Shown here: one piece after another, positions 1 through 14,934 of the stretch
Layout of the letters: each line of letters opens with the position of its first letter
How positions within the stretch are numbered: position 1 is the first letter of the stretch
Origin: the human T2T-CHM13v2.0 reference genome, Homo sapiens
Strand: one strand, 5' to 3'
Assembly (NCBI RefSeq): GCF_009914755.1
Contig: NC_060929.1
DNA: 64,000 nucleotides
The notes under the pieces: model-generated
What the model was told of the DNA's origin: nothing
The model's database searches: none
The model's input: the letters and a program-made list of their open reading frames with translations, nothing else
Made by a program: the position numbers and the translations under genes

Positions 1-166
1 CAAAAGTAGTTTACATATACACTGTATTCATGAAGAATAAAAATATTATGCTCTTCTGTTTGAATTTATTTCTTATGTACTATAGATCCCATCATTTCTT
101 TTATTGCAAAGTGTTAGGAAACTTCAAAATAATCATCTAAGGTCTTTTAAGAAGATACTCTTTGGG

Positions 167-203
167 GGCTGGGCGTGATGGCTCACACCTGTAATCCCAG
201 CAC
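167..203 (+). mobile_element. Alu 5' fragment (~37 bp) in MAT2B intron
   Basis: GGCTGGGCGTGATGGCTCACACCTGTAATCCCAGCAC matches the Alu 5' end, then similarity stops. Confidence 0.8.
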
Positions 204-718
204 ATTTGAAAAAGTTGGTATTAAATATAATATCCATACAAAGAAAGATGAGACTGATTTAGTTTAGAATATTAATAGGATGACCACAGTTTTTTAATAT
301 ATGAGAATTATATTTTGTAATATTTAACATGACAATATTTAAGAAAGTTTAGCTCAACTTGAAAAATGGTTCTATTAAGTTTTTGTTGTAGCTTGGGATA
401 ATTAAAAATACTCATTAAATTGTACTGTTTTCATAAAAATTTGTAATGCTTTTTTATATTCCCACTAATTAAGTAAAATTGGAGCCTTTTTTTGATTTTA
501 AAAATTCTTAAGGTTTAAATTCTAGAAATTGCTCTTTTAAGTGTTTTGCTAAGAGTATTAGTAGGAATTTGATTTTAGATATCTTGTGGAGACCTTTCCA
601 GAAAAAGAGGGTTGCCTTTTAGTTCCTGGACCTTATTTTAAGTAAGCTTTTTGGTCAAACCTATTCTACTCAGCTCAAAAAGTTGAAACTATTGAATTTA
701 TTGTGTCATCGTTCTTAG

Positions 719-832
719 GATCCATCAATTAAGGGAACCTTTCACTGGTCTGGCAATGAACAGATGACTAAGTATGAAATGGCATGTGCAATTGCAGATG
801 CCTTCAACCTCCCCAGCAGTCACTTAAGACCT
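719..832 (+). CDS. MAT2B: MAT2B penultimate coding exon ([38 protein letters not shown])
   Basis: 114 nt, phase 0; acceptor gttcttag (AG 717-718) and donor GTAAGT at 833; translation matches the MAT II beta C-terminal region (RmlD-like SDR fold) as recalled. Confidence 0.96.
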
Positions 833-1124
833 GTAAGTACATGGCTGTAAAAACCTTTAGATCCATTGCTATGGTATATATTATTGCTGTGTTGGGTAAC
901 TTCATTTCTCAGTACTAATCAAAGTGAACTTTGCTTGTATGCTGGCTGTTCATAGTGCTACTTTTCTCTAAATTATCATCTGTAGAGAAGATCATGAGTA
1001 TTGAAGTTTGTAGAAAATGTATTATTGTCTTGATCATGACAGGCATTTGGTTTATTTTTCCAGGGATGATCAAATCAGATTTCTTACACTAAGAGCAAAA
1101 ATAAGTAGCAAATATAAAACCTCA

Positions 1125-1255
<131 letters not shown>

Positions 1256-1350
1256 ATATACATATTTAAAAAAAGGTCAGGGGGAACAAAGCCCTCAAAA
1301 TATAGCCTTTCACTTACTTTTGATTTTTTTGTGTTTATCTTTCTTTAAAG

Positions 1351-1521
1351 ATTACTGACAGCCCTGTCCTAGGAGCACAACGTCCGAGAAATGCTCAGCT
1401 TGACTGCTCCAAATTGGAGACCTTGGGCATTGGCCAACGAACACCATTTCGAATTGGAATCAAAGAATCACTTTGGCCTTTCCTCATTGACAAGAGATGG
1501 AGACAAACGGTCTTTCATTAG
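1351..1521 (+). CDS. MAT2B: MAT2B last coding exon ([56 protein letters not shown])
   Basis: Polypyrimidine tract and AAAG acceptor ending at 1350; in frame with the previous exon; TAG at 1519-1521; C-terminus ...RWRQTVFH recognised as MAT2B. Confidence 0.96.
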
Positions 1522-2283
1522 TTTATTTGTGTTGGGTTCTTTTTTTTTTTTAAATGAAAAGTATAGTATGTGGCACTTTTTAAAGAACAAAGGAAATAGT
1601 TTTGTATGAGTACTTTAATTGTGACTCTTAGGATCTTTCAGGTAAATGATGCTCTTGCACTAGTGAAATTGTCTAAAGAAACTAAAGGGCAGTCATGCCC
1701 TGTTTGCAGTAATTTTTCTTTTTATCATTTTGTTTGTCCTGGCTAAACTTGGAGTTTGAGTATAGTAAATTATGATCCTTAAATATTTGAGAGTCAGGAT
1801 GAAGCAGATCTGCTGTAGACTTTTCAGATGAAATTGTTCATTCTCGTAACCTCCATATTTTCAGGATTTTTGAAGCTGTTGACCTTTTCATGTTGATTAT
1901 TTTAAATTGTGTGAAATAGTATAAAAATCATTGGTGTTCATTATTTGCTTTGCCTGAGCTCAGATCAAAATGTTTGAAGAAAGGAACTTTATTTTTGCAA
2001 GTTACGTACAGTTTTTATGCTTGAGATATTTCAACATGTTATGTATATTGGAACTTCTACAGCTTGATGCCTCCTGCTTTTATAGCAGTTTATGGGGAGC
2101 ACTTGAAAGAGCGTGTGTACATGTATTTTTTTTCTAGGCAAACATTGAATGCAAACGTGTATTTTTTTAATATAAATATATAACTGTCCTTTTCATCCCA
2201 TGTTGCCGCTAAGTGATATTTCATATGTGTGGTTATACTCATAATAATGGGCCTTGTAAGTCTTTTCACCATTCATGAATAAT

Positions 2284-2289
2284 AATAAA
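2284..2289 (+). promoter_or_regulatory. Candidate proximal polyadenylation signal
   Basis: AATAAA followed ~30 nt later by a T-rich downstream element. Confidence 0.5.
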
Positions 2290-2459
2290 TATGTACTGCT
2301 GGCATGTAATGCTTAGTTTTCTTGTATTTACTTCTTTTTTTAAATGTAAGGACCAAACTTCTAAACTAATTGTTCTTTTGTTGCTTTAATTTTTAAAAAT
2401 TACATTCTTCTGATGTAACATGTGATACATACAAAAGAATATAGTTTAATATGTATTGA

Positions 2460-2475
2460 AATAAAACACAATAAA
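2460..2475 (+). promoter_or_regulatory. Tandem distal polyadenylation signals (AATAAA 2460-2465 and 2470-2475)
   Basis: Two canonical hexamers, TGTA motifs upstream, GT/T-rich sequence downstream. Confidence 0.8.
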
Positions 2476-2602
2476 ATTAACACTTGATCCAGAATGTTAA
2501 CTTACCACCCCATCCTAGAATGTTACAGTTACTGTATCTATTTGTGGGAACGGATTTGTTTTTAACTAAAAATTAATAGCTATATAATCTTGTTACATTA
2601 TA

Positions 2603-3299
<697 letters not shown>

Positions 3300-3660
3300 T
3301 GAGGCCTATTAATTTATTTTTAAATGTTTCCCAGGTGGTTCTAAGGTTGCCAGTCTGGCATTGCATTTGGCAACCACTAAATTAAAGCATTTTGTTTTAT
3401 ATTTTAAGTTACTACATTTCATATAGTGCATAATTAAGTTTCGGAGAGTAAAAAGTGTTGTTATTCTCTAGCCACCCGTTTTTCAACTGTGGAAGAAATG
3501 GATGTAGATCAGTTCCTTGCATATGTTTCTAGAGGCACTCTGCATATAGAAGAATATAATCAAAAAACTCACGTGTCCATACTCTCACCATCCGCCCTCA
3601 CAAAGAATAACATACAATTCTCTGACCTTTTTTTCATTTGGAATTTGTTGTATAATATAA

Positions 3661-3974
<314 letters not shown>

Positions 3975-4019
3975 AAAAATGTCCTTTTTAAAAAACTTCA
4001 TTTAAAAATTTCATTATTT

Positions 4020-4555
4020 GCCATGATAGCATAAATAATGCCCGTATTTCCCTTTCCAGATTCCCCAGTTGTCAGCATTTAGCACATTTACCCTATCATT
4101 TTCATGCACACTACATATGTATACTATTTTTATTTCCTGAACTATTGAAGAGTAGGTTGAAGATACGATGCTTCATCACCCACTTAGTATATAGACCTCA
4201 GTGTATATTTTCTAAAAATAAGGATACATGCCTATATACCCTGTAATATAATCACAATCAAGAAATTACCATTCAATTTCATAAGATCCCATTCAGATTT
4301 CATCAGTTGTTCCAGTTTCCTTTATAGGTCTATGCAGTCCAAGATTACTTGTGTGTGTCGCCATGTTGCTTTAGCTTCAATATGGAACAGTTCCTCAGTG
4401 TTTGTCTTTCATGAGCTTGATATTTTTGACATTTCTCTGTATAAGAAACCATAAGTTGACATCGATAGCTCCAGTTACAGTCTTGTTCCACAGGGTTTAT
4501 TTTGGCTCTTCCCATGTTTGTGGCACCTTTCTCTGACAGCAACCGAATTCTCAGT
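4020..4555 (-). mobile_element. Old L1 (L1MC-like) 3' fragment
   Basis: Motifs such as CCAGATTCCCCAGTTGTCAGCATTT and TCAGTGTATATTTTCTAAAAATAAGGA resemble L1MC4/5 3' UTR. Confidence 0.55.
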
Positions 4556-4557
4556 TC

Positions 4558-4833
<276 letters not shown>

Positions 4834-4838
4834 TCGAA

Positions 4839-5147
<309 letters not shown>

Positions 5148-5474
5148 TCAGCCCTCATTATTCTATTTATTCATTTGCTTCATTCATCCATAAGAATCAT
5201 TCTGATGACACTAGCCAAGCCTTCCTCTGTTCTCCACTTTACATAGGCCTCCAAGCCAGCTGAGCATTCCCAGACCCATGTGACCTGGCCCTGATGCCAG
5301 TGACTGCAGGGACCACTGTACCTGGTCAAGGATCCTCCCGACCCATGGAGCACTGCACCAAGAATCACATGTGTCACTATGTACCAGCAGAGCACCAAAG
5401 AGAAGGAACTAGTTCTTTTTTTGGCTGCATTTATTCCATTGTATCAATGAGGGAAATCACAATTTGTTGGTGTA

Positions 5475-5829
5475 TAGATGGTCCCTGACTTACAATGGTT
5501 CAGCAGATTTTTTGACTGCAATGGTGTGAAAGTAATCACATTCAATAGAAACCATACTTCAAGTACTCATACAACCATTCCGTTTTTCACTTTCAGTATA
5601 GTATTTAATAAATTACAGAAGATATTTAACACTTTGCTATAAGATAGGCTTTGTGTTAGATGTTGCCCAACTGTAGGCTAATGTAAGTGTTCTGAGCATA
5701 TTTAAGGTAGGCTAGGCTAAGCTGTGATATTCAGTAGGTTTATGTGTATTAAATGCATTTTTGACTCAGGATATTTTAAATTTATGAAGGATTCATCAGG
5801 ATGTAACCCCATTGTAAGTTAGGTATCTG
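5475..5829 (-). mobile_element. MER47A (Tigger-derived MITE), near full length
   Basis: TA-flanked termini (T)AGATGGTCCCTGACTTAC ... GTAAGTTAGGTATCTG|TA; internal TAGGCTAGGCTAAGCT and GCCCAACTGTAGGCTAATGTAAG match recalled MER47A. Confidence 0.85.
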
Positions 5830-5979
5830 TATTGGAATATAAGCTAATTATACCCTTTTGGCAGCCAAATCATCTCATCAACATTAAATATAGCAGTAGG
5901 CTTTTTTGTAATTTTTTTTGTGCAGTAGGTTTTAATTCAAGGGTAGGCTAGTCAAGATATTTTTTTTACTTGAAGGAAG

Positions 5980-6180
5980 TATTATGTATAGTGCAAAGAA
6001 ACAATCTAGATTCAAACGTGATTTTTCCACTTGCTAGTAGCAAGTTGCTTTTCCTTTCGGAGCTTGAAGTAATTTTTAGGGTTAAATGAAAAGAATACCA
6101 CCTATTTCACAGGTCTGTCGTGGAAATACTTGGAACAGAGATACTAGCACATGTAGCTGTGGACTTAACAAATGCCTAAG
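5980..6180 (+). mobile_element. MIR fragment
   Basis: Degenerate MIR core (CCACTTGCTAG...CAAGTTGCTT...ATACCACCTATTTCACAGG). Confidence 0.5.
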
Positions 6181-7046
6181 GGTTGGGGTATGGGGGAGAA
6201 ATGGTGGTCTTGTAATATTACCTTCACTTTCAGCTGTAAGATATTAGGAGTTTTCTCTCATAAATAAGATTACCAGTGGTTTTTCTTTGTGATTTTTAAG
6301 TATTTTCTAGACTTAATTTTAGTATTTTGTAAATGCATTTAAAAATATTTCAAAGAAAATTATTTTTGTAACTTGTTTTACCTAAGGACTTCTGAAAGTT
6401 CTTTTCTGTATTTTGCTACAGAAATAGCCAGAATACTTGAATTTATATACATATAAATGTATCTCTGGAAATTGAATACATTCACTTCATGTATTTACTT
6501 GCAAGTGATTTACATTGAAAGATGGCCATGAAATTTCCCAGCTGTGTCTACAGTTACTTTGCTTTCCATGGTCCCCATTTCAATTCTAATTTTTGACATA
6601 TATACATGCTACATATTACTGAACAATTTCAATTTCCCCCCAGTTTGTTATAGATTTAAAAAATATTCCCTTTGAAATGAAAAATTGATATATGGCCTTT
6701 AAAATGTTTTAATGTGAGATGCTAAAAATTATTCAGGATAAATCAAACACTTTGGCATATAGGAGGGCTGGAAATAATTTTTTATTTTCCTTATACAGCG
6801 TCACCCCCAGGCTTTATGTGCTTAGAACACATAAGGTCCTTGGAAAGTTGAAAGAGGGATGATGGTTCTGGCCTTCAGAAGTGTTCGTCTGTAGTTAAAA
6901 TTCACCCCGAAACTAGAGGTCAAGAAAGGAAGAGGAAAAAATAGATGCCATATGATATGACACCAAATAAGATGACACCAATGTCTATGTAGTTGGATAA
7001 CATTTCTCTAAGCAGCATGAGGGACAGTCATCTTTCATAATGTTAA

Positions 7047-7372
<326 letters not shown>

Positions 7373-7811
7373 CTGAATTTTTCTTAATGACCCATTACAG
7401 ATCTATGATCTATGACCCACTTAAGTCTGCCAAACCAATTTAACACACTCTCTGCCTACAGACAGTGTTATCAGACCCAGATTATTTATTTTATTTAAAA
7501 TCTTGAAGACTTGTGAAAAAGATGTGAACTTTGGTGAATAGACTGGTTGCATCCCAACCTTAGATTTTTTAAAAAATGTTTTTAATTGTGAAAAGAATAG
7601 TGCATACAACAAAGTACATTAAATGTATGTGCAGTTTGAAGAATAATGATAAAGTCCTGTGTACCTGCCACTCAGGTTAAGAACATTACAAATACCTTAG
7701 AAGCTCTGCAAATGCTTTCCCCCTATTGTTTCTGTATTAGGCGTAATTTTTTCTCTAGAGAAAAGAAACAATAGGATATGTGTGTGCGTGTGTGTCTGTG
7801 TTATATTTTTC

Positions 7812-7978
7812 TTTTTTAAGAGATGGGGGTCTTGGTATGTTGCCCAGGCTCGAGTGCAGTGGCTATTCATGGGTGCAGTCATAGCCACTACATCCTGGAA
7901 CTCGTAGCCTCAAGCAACCTTCTCATCTCAGCCTCTTAAGTAGATAGGACTAGAGACATCCACCACTGTGCTCAGCTT
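7812..7978 (-). mobile_element. FRAM/AluJ monomer
   Basis: GAGATGGGGGTCTTGGTATGTTGCCCAGGCT...CCACCACTGTGCTCAGC. Confidence 0.75.
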
Positions 7979-7980
7979 GT

Positions 7981-8680
7981 GGCCGGCAGACTGAAGACCC
8001 AGGAGAGCCAATGTTCCAGTTAGAGTTGAAAGGCAATCTGCTGCAGAACCAGGAAGAGTTGATGTTGCAGGTGAAGTCTGAAGACTGCTAGAGAATTCTC
8101 TGTTGCTTGGGGAAGATCAATTTTTTATTCTACTCAGGCATTCAACTGATTAGATGAGGCCCACTGACATTATGGAAGATGTATTGGTCCATTCTCATGC
8201 TGCTAATAAAGACATACCCAAGACTGGGTAATTTATAAAGAAAAGAGGTTTAATTGACTCATAGTTCAGCATGGCTGGGGAGGCCTCAGGAAACTTACAA
8301 TCATGGCAGAAGGGGAAGCAAATATGTTCTTTTTCACATGGTGGCAGGAAGGAAAAACGGTGAGCAAAGGGGAAAAGCCCCTTATAAAACCATCAGATGT
8401 CATGAGAACTCACTATCATGAAAACAGCATGAGGGTGACCACCCCCAAGATTCAATTACCTCCCACTGGGTCACTCCAATGACACATGGGGATTATGGGA
8501 ACTACAAGATGAGATGTGGGTGGGGACACAAACCATATCAGAAGGCAATATGCTTTACTCAGAATTCACCAATTTAAGTATGAATCATATCCAAAACATC
8601 TTCACAGACACCCAGAATAATTGACCAAATATCTGGGCAGCCCATGGCCCAGCCAAGTTAATACATAACATTAACCATAA
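7981..8680 (-). mobile_element. MLT2 (ERVL) LTR, split by THE1 insertion
   Basis: TTCAACTGATTAGATGAGGCCCAC...TTATGGAAG|GCAATATGCTTTACTCAG...GGCCCAGCCAAGTTAA...ATTAACCAT. Confidence 0.8.
8180..8540 (-). mobile_element. THE1 (C/D-like) MaLR solo LTR
   Basis: TG...CA ends; AAAGACATACCCAAGACTGGGTAATTTATAAAG; 5-bp TSD GAAGA/GAAGG. Confidence 0.92.
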
Positions 8681-8729
8681 TAGTATCACTTTTTCCCCAG
8701 AGGTAACCGTTATCCTGACTTTTTTTTTA

Positions 8730-9656
<927 letters not shown>

Positions 9657-10785
9657 TAACTTTTGTATCAGACTCTTGATTATCCTTATGGTTATTTACA
9701 ATCTCTGTATGTATCTCCTATACATTATTTAGTTTGAAAAATAGGCACAAGCACACATCTAGCTAGGGGAAAAGCACACTATTTCTACTGCTAAGTAACA
9801 GTTCCCGGGAGATGATTAACTGAATGTCTTTGGCTTCAGTTTTCCAGAGAGTTTACAGAGCTCCTTAGGATCCAGTGGGCAAAGGCATGAGTAAGTCTTG
9901 GGAAAATTAGATCTACCACAGGATGGTACTTTGAGCCAGGGATGGGGTGGTCAGTAAGAATGTGGTAAGGGGAATGGAGTTACCCAGTATTTTTGGTTTC
10001 TGAGCTAATCATCCCCACGTTTGACTCTCAGGCTTATGCTTGGAAGGTAAAATAAGGATGTATTCCTCATATATTCCAGTCATCACAGCATGGAGAGCAG
10101 AGAAGGAAAAAATAAGAAGCTGGTCCAGGCTCATCCTGGCATTCTAAGACTTAAGGAAAAAAGGTGGTACAATTGCAGAAACCCTCTTAGTGATAACAGC
10201 CCTCAACTTACTCTTGTAAGTCATTTTGCCATTCTGGACCTCTTGCCTTATTTTCCCATCTCTCTTCACTATTGTTCCAGAATTTCCTTTGTCTCTTCTG
10301 TGTTGGGTCTCCTGTTACCTGTGTTTCATTTCTTTCACTTTGTTGTGCTTTCTAGTTTTGGCTGCACATCTTTCAGTAGCTTCCTGAGAAAGGTTCCATA
10401 ACAGATCCAAATGTGAAGGCTCGACTGTGAGTGCCTGGGTATATAATTTTAGCTGAGAAATCATTTTTCCCTGGAATTTTGAATGCATTGTTCCATTGTG
10501 TTTGTGCTTCCACTGTTGATTTTGTGAAGTCCAAAGACATTATGATTCCTTGTCCTTCGTATGTTTTCCTCTCTTCTCTGGAAGCTTGTCAGATCTTCTC
10601 TGTGTCTCTAGTGTTCTGAAATTTTACAGTGGTGCCCCTTGTTGTAGTTCTCTTTTCATTCATTTTGCCTTGTACTTGGTAGTTTCCTTCAATCTTTAAA
10701 CTTAAATCCTTCACTATTTCACTGCTATTTTTCTCCTATTTTCTTTTTCATTCTACTTTATAGATATCACATCTCCTATTCTGAC

Positions 10786-11592
<807 letters not shown>

Positions 11593-12106
11593 TGCTTTGA
11601 CTTTTTAATACCCCTACAAATTCTTCTACTAAATTCTTTTTTGCTACCATCTTCTTAATTCCTAATAGCTTTTCTTTGTTCTCTGTATGCTTCCTTTTTT
11701 TAAAAAAAAAATTGCATCATTATCATGTTTCATGGATGTATGGGTTCTCATATATCTCAGAAATATCAATGGTAATTTTGTTTTTGTTACGTGGAGTTTT
11801 TTGTTGTTTTTTATTTTTGTCTTCAGGATATCTGTTTCCCCCATACTCCTTTGTTTTTGGTCTGTTTTTTCACCCCAGTGGAAAACCACTATTCTGGTAC
11901 CAATGTAAGTGGTTTCCTTTAGTTGGGAAACCCCTATTGTCATTATTTTTAGGTTTTTCCTCCTGGGAGATTAGACTTCTCGGGCTTCTTCCAGTCTCCT
12001 GAGTGGAGGGCAAAGGTCTGACTGCCCATGGCCTGGTAAGCACATGGAAGAAGCAGCCTGAGATCCCTACTGTTAAGCTATTAAATGAGAGTGCATCAAG
12101 GTGAAC

Positions 12107-12402
<296 letters not shown>

Positions 12403-12818
12403 CATGTGAAAGTTTTATCACAGAGAAGTGATGCTAGGGGAAACAGAAAGCTCACCACATCACTATCATGTCTTTAAGCCATCTGAGCTAGCACTCAGGG
12501 CTCCTCTCATACCATCCACTTCCTACTTAGGGTGATCACATAATTAGTAATGTAGAGGCTCATTGTTAGAATCAAGTTTACCTGTTATAAAATAGGCTTT
12601 CTTAAGAGTGTGATATTCATCCAGTAGAGGCCTAGTCCCATGATAATAGGGCAAACAATTCTGAACTCCTTGCTAGATTATATTAGAGTTCCCACACAGT
12701 TTGAAGTTGCTGCAATTAGCATTCAGCCTTCATACGTTCACTTAATCCTCCTATTTTCAGCATAGTACCTGCCCATTTACTCCCCAACACACACACCTCA
12801 GTCTAGAACCCACCTCTG

Positions 12819-13112
12819 TCCAGGCTCAGTGGCTCACATCTGTAATCTGAGCACATTCGGAGGCTGAGGCAAGAGGATCACTTGAGCCCAGGAGTTTGAA
12901 ACTAACCTAGGCAACATAGTGAGACGCTGTCTCTACAAAAAAATTAAAAATTACCCAAGTGCGGTGGTGCTGTGTAGTCCCAGCTACTCAGGAAGCTGAA
13001 GTGGGGAGGATCGCTTGAGCCTGGGAGGTCAAGGTCGAGGCTGCAGTGAGCAAAGATGGCGCCACTGCATTCCAGCCTGGGCAACAGACCAAGACCCTGT
13101 CTGGGAAAAAAA
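12819..13112 (+). mobile_element. AluJ
   Basis: GGATCACTTGAGCCCAGGAGTTTG and GAGGCTGCAGTGAGC, J-type. Confidence 0.9.
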
Positions 13113-14307
13113 AGGAGGGGCAGGGAGGGGAGAAAATAGAACCTATCTGTGTTGGTCTCTCCAGGGAACAGATGTCCAGTCATCAGGAGCTGTTGGGGAG
13201 GGTGTCTGGGAATCTAACTTCACTTTTTCTTCTTTACTCTGTCCCTTCCCCTTTACCCAAGATTTCAGAGGTATCTGATCCCAAGCCTTTTGAGGATTTT
13301 TCAGAGTAAGTTAGTTTAGTTCTCAATCCACTTCTAGCCAAAATTCAGCTCTTTTGGGTAGGTTAAATCTCTTACCATTAGTTCCCTTGCTTTTCAGCTT
13401 CCAAAATTTTGTTCTGTTGTCACCTTTCTTGTTCTCTCTGTCCTTGTTGTGTTAGGCCTTTTTTTAAAAAAAATTTTTCCTTGGGATTTTGAGAGGAAAA
13501 CAAAATTTGATACATGTATTCAATGCACTATCTTATTATAGAACACCATACCATTATTGACTTTACAGGCTTGGATCTTGAACCTCCTAACCCACTTTAT
13601 GAGCTGAAACTCTCAGTTTTCTTTAGTTTGACACCTTACATAGCAGTGTATGATCTTCTGGCTTACTTGAGTTGCTGCTCTTTGCCATTATGTCTTTGGG
13701 AAAGTTAATTAACTACAACTGGAACACAAGTATCTTAGATATGGTCATCATTTAATACAAATGAAGCACAAAACTAGCCATTTCATTTTTGGCTACTAAT
13801 ACTGGCTGCCTTCACCTGGAAAAAATGATGCTGTTATTAGTAATAATTCCTATCATTTTTGGAGTAGCTTTTAGTTGAAAATATCTAAATATTCCTTGAA
13901 CTCCTGTGGACTTCTTATTACAGACTTTCAAGTCTAAGCTTTAAAATTGAGAAAAATCAATTTTCTGATTCCTGCCAACAGCAATTCTTGGGGGATGATT
14001 AAGGATCAGCATGGCATATTAACATTGTTGATCTAAAACAAAGCTAGTAATTTTCATCCTTTACCCAATGTTCCAATCAGTGTTCTTAAGTTAATAATGT
14101 TAGCTTCCTGAAGCGAGCCTGCAGTCTTTATATTTTCCATTTGTAAGATATAGTTCAATTGGATTTTAGCAAGCAGTATTTGAATTTCCATTCCATAAGG
14201 TGGTGCTGACTAAATGCTAAGTGTAGTAAAATTGGTATTAGATCTCTTGTATTTGGGCACTTTAAGGATGATCTGGGCATGAAAATAGGACATTATGCTG
14301 TAGACAG

Positions 14308-14934
14308 TGTATTAATTTTTTATGTGGCTTTAATAAATTGCCACAAATGGAGTGGTTTAAACAACTCAAATATCTTACAGTTCTGTAGGTCAGTAAGTGT
14401 AAGGGGGTAGATGCAGTTAATATTTACAAAAGGATTAAAGTACAATCTTTATTAATTTGTAAATAAAGATTGAAATCTGACACAGGTCTTAGTGGGCTAA
14501 AATCAAGGTATCTGTAGGCTGCACTTCTTTCTAGAGCATCTAGGGGAGCCTAAGTTTTCGGCTTATTTGGATTGTTGGTGGAATTCAGTTCCTTGAGTCT
14601 GTGGGACTGAGGTCATTGCTTTCATGCAGATTATAAACTGAAGGCTCTTCCCACCTTTTGGAGGTAATCACCTTCCTTGGCTTGCGGCCCTGTCCTCAAC
14701 CTTAAAAGCAAGCAGCAGCAGGTCAGGTCCTTACATCAAATCTCTCCAACTTTTCTATCCCATACCACTCTGAAAACAGCGTGGATATAGTCTCTAATCT
14801 TAAGGATGCTTGTGATTAGATTGGGTACTTCCTGATAATCCAGAACAATCTCCCTATTTCAAAGTCCATTTTGCCATGAAAGGTTCTGGGGATTAGAGTA
14901 CGAACATCTGTGGGGGAACATCATCCTGCCTACA
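14308..14934 (-). mobile_element. MLT1E/F-like MaLR LTR carrying a ~78-bp foreign insertion
   Basis: TCTTACAGTTCTGTAGGTCAG...GGGCTAAAATCAAGGT...GAATTCAGTTCCTTG...GGTTCTGGGGATTAG. Confidence 0.8.

Larger units (their letters stand above)
1522..2490 (+). other. MAT2B: MAT2B 3'UTR (AU-rich; end approximate)
   Basis: Repeat-free AT-rich sequence from the stop codon to tandem AATAAA at 2460-2475; transposons resume at 2603. Confidence 0.8.

Noticed and set aside
1391-1609. 72-aa ORF overlapping the MAT2B last exon
   Set aside because: Alternative frame of the real exon running into the UTR poly(T); the true frame starts at 1351 by splicing
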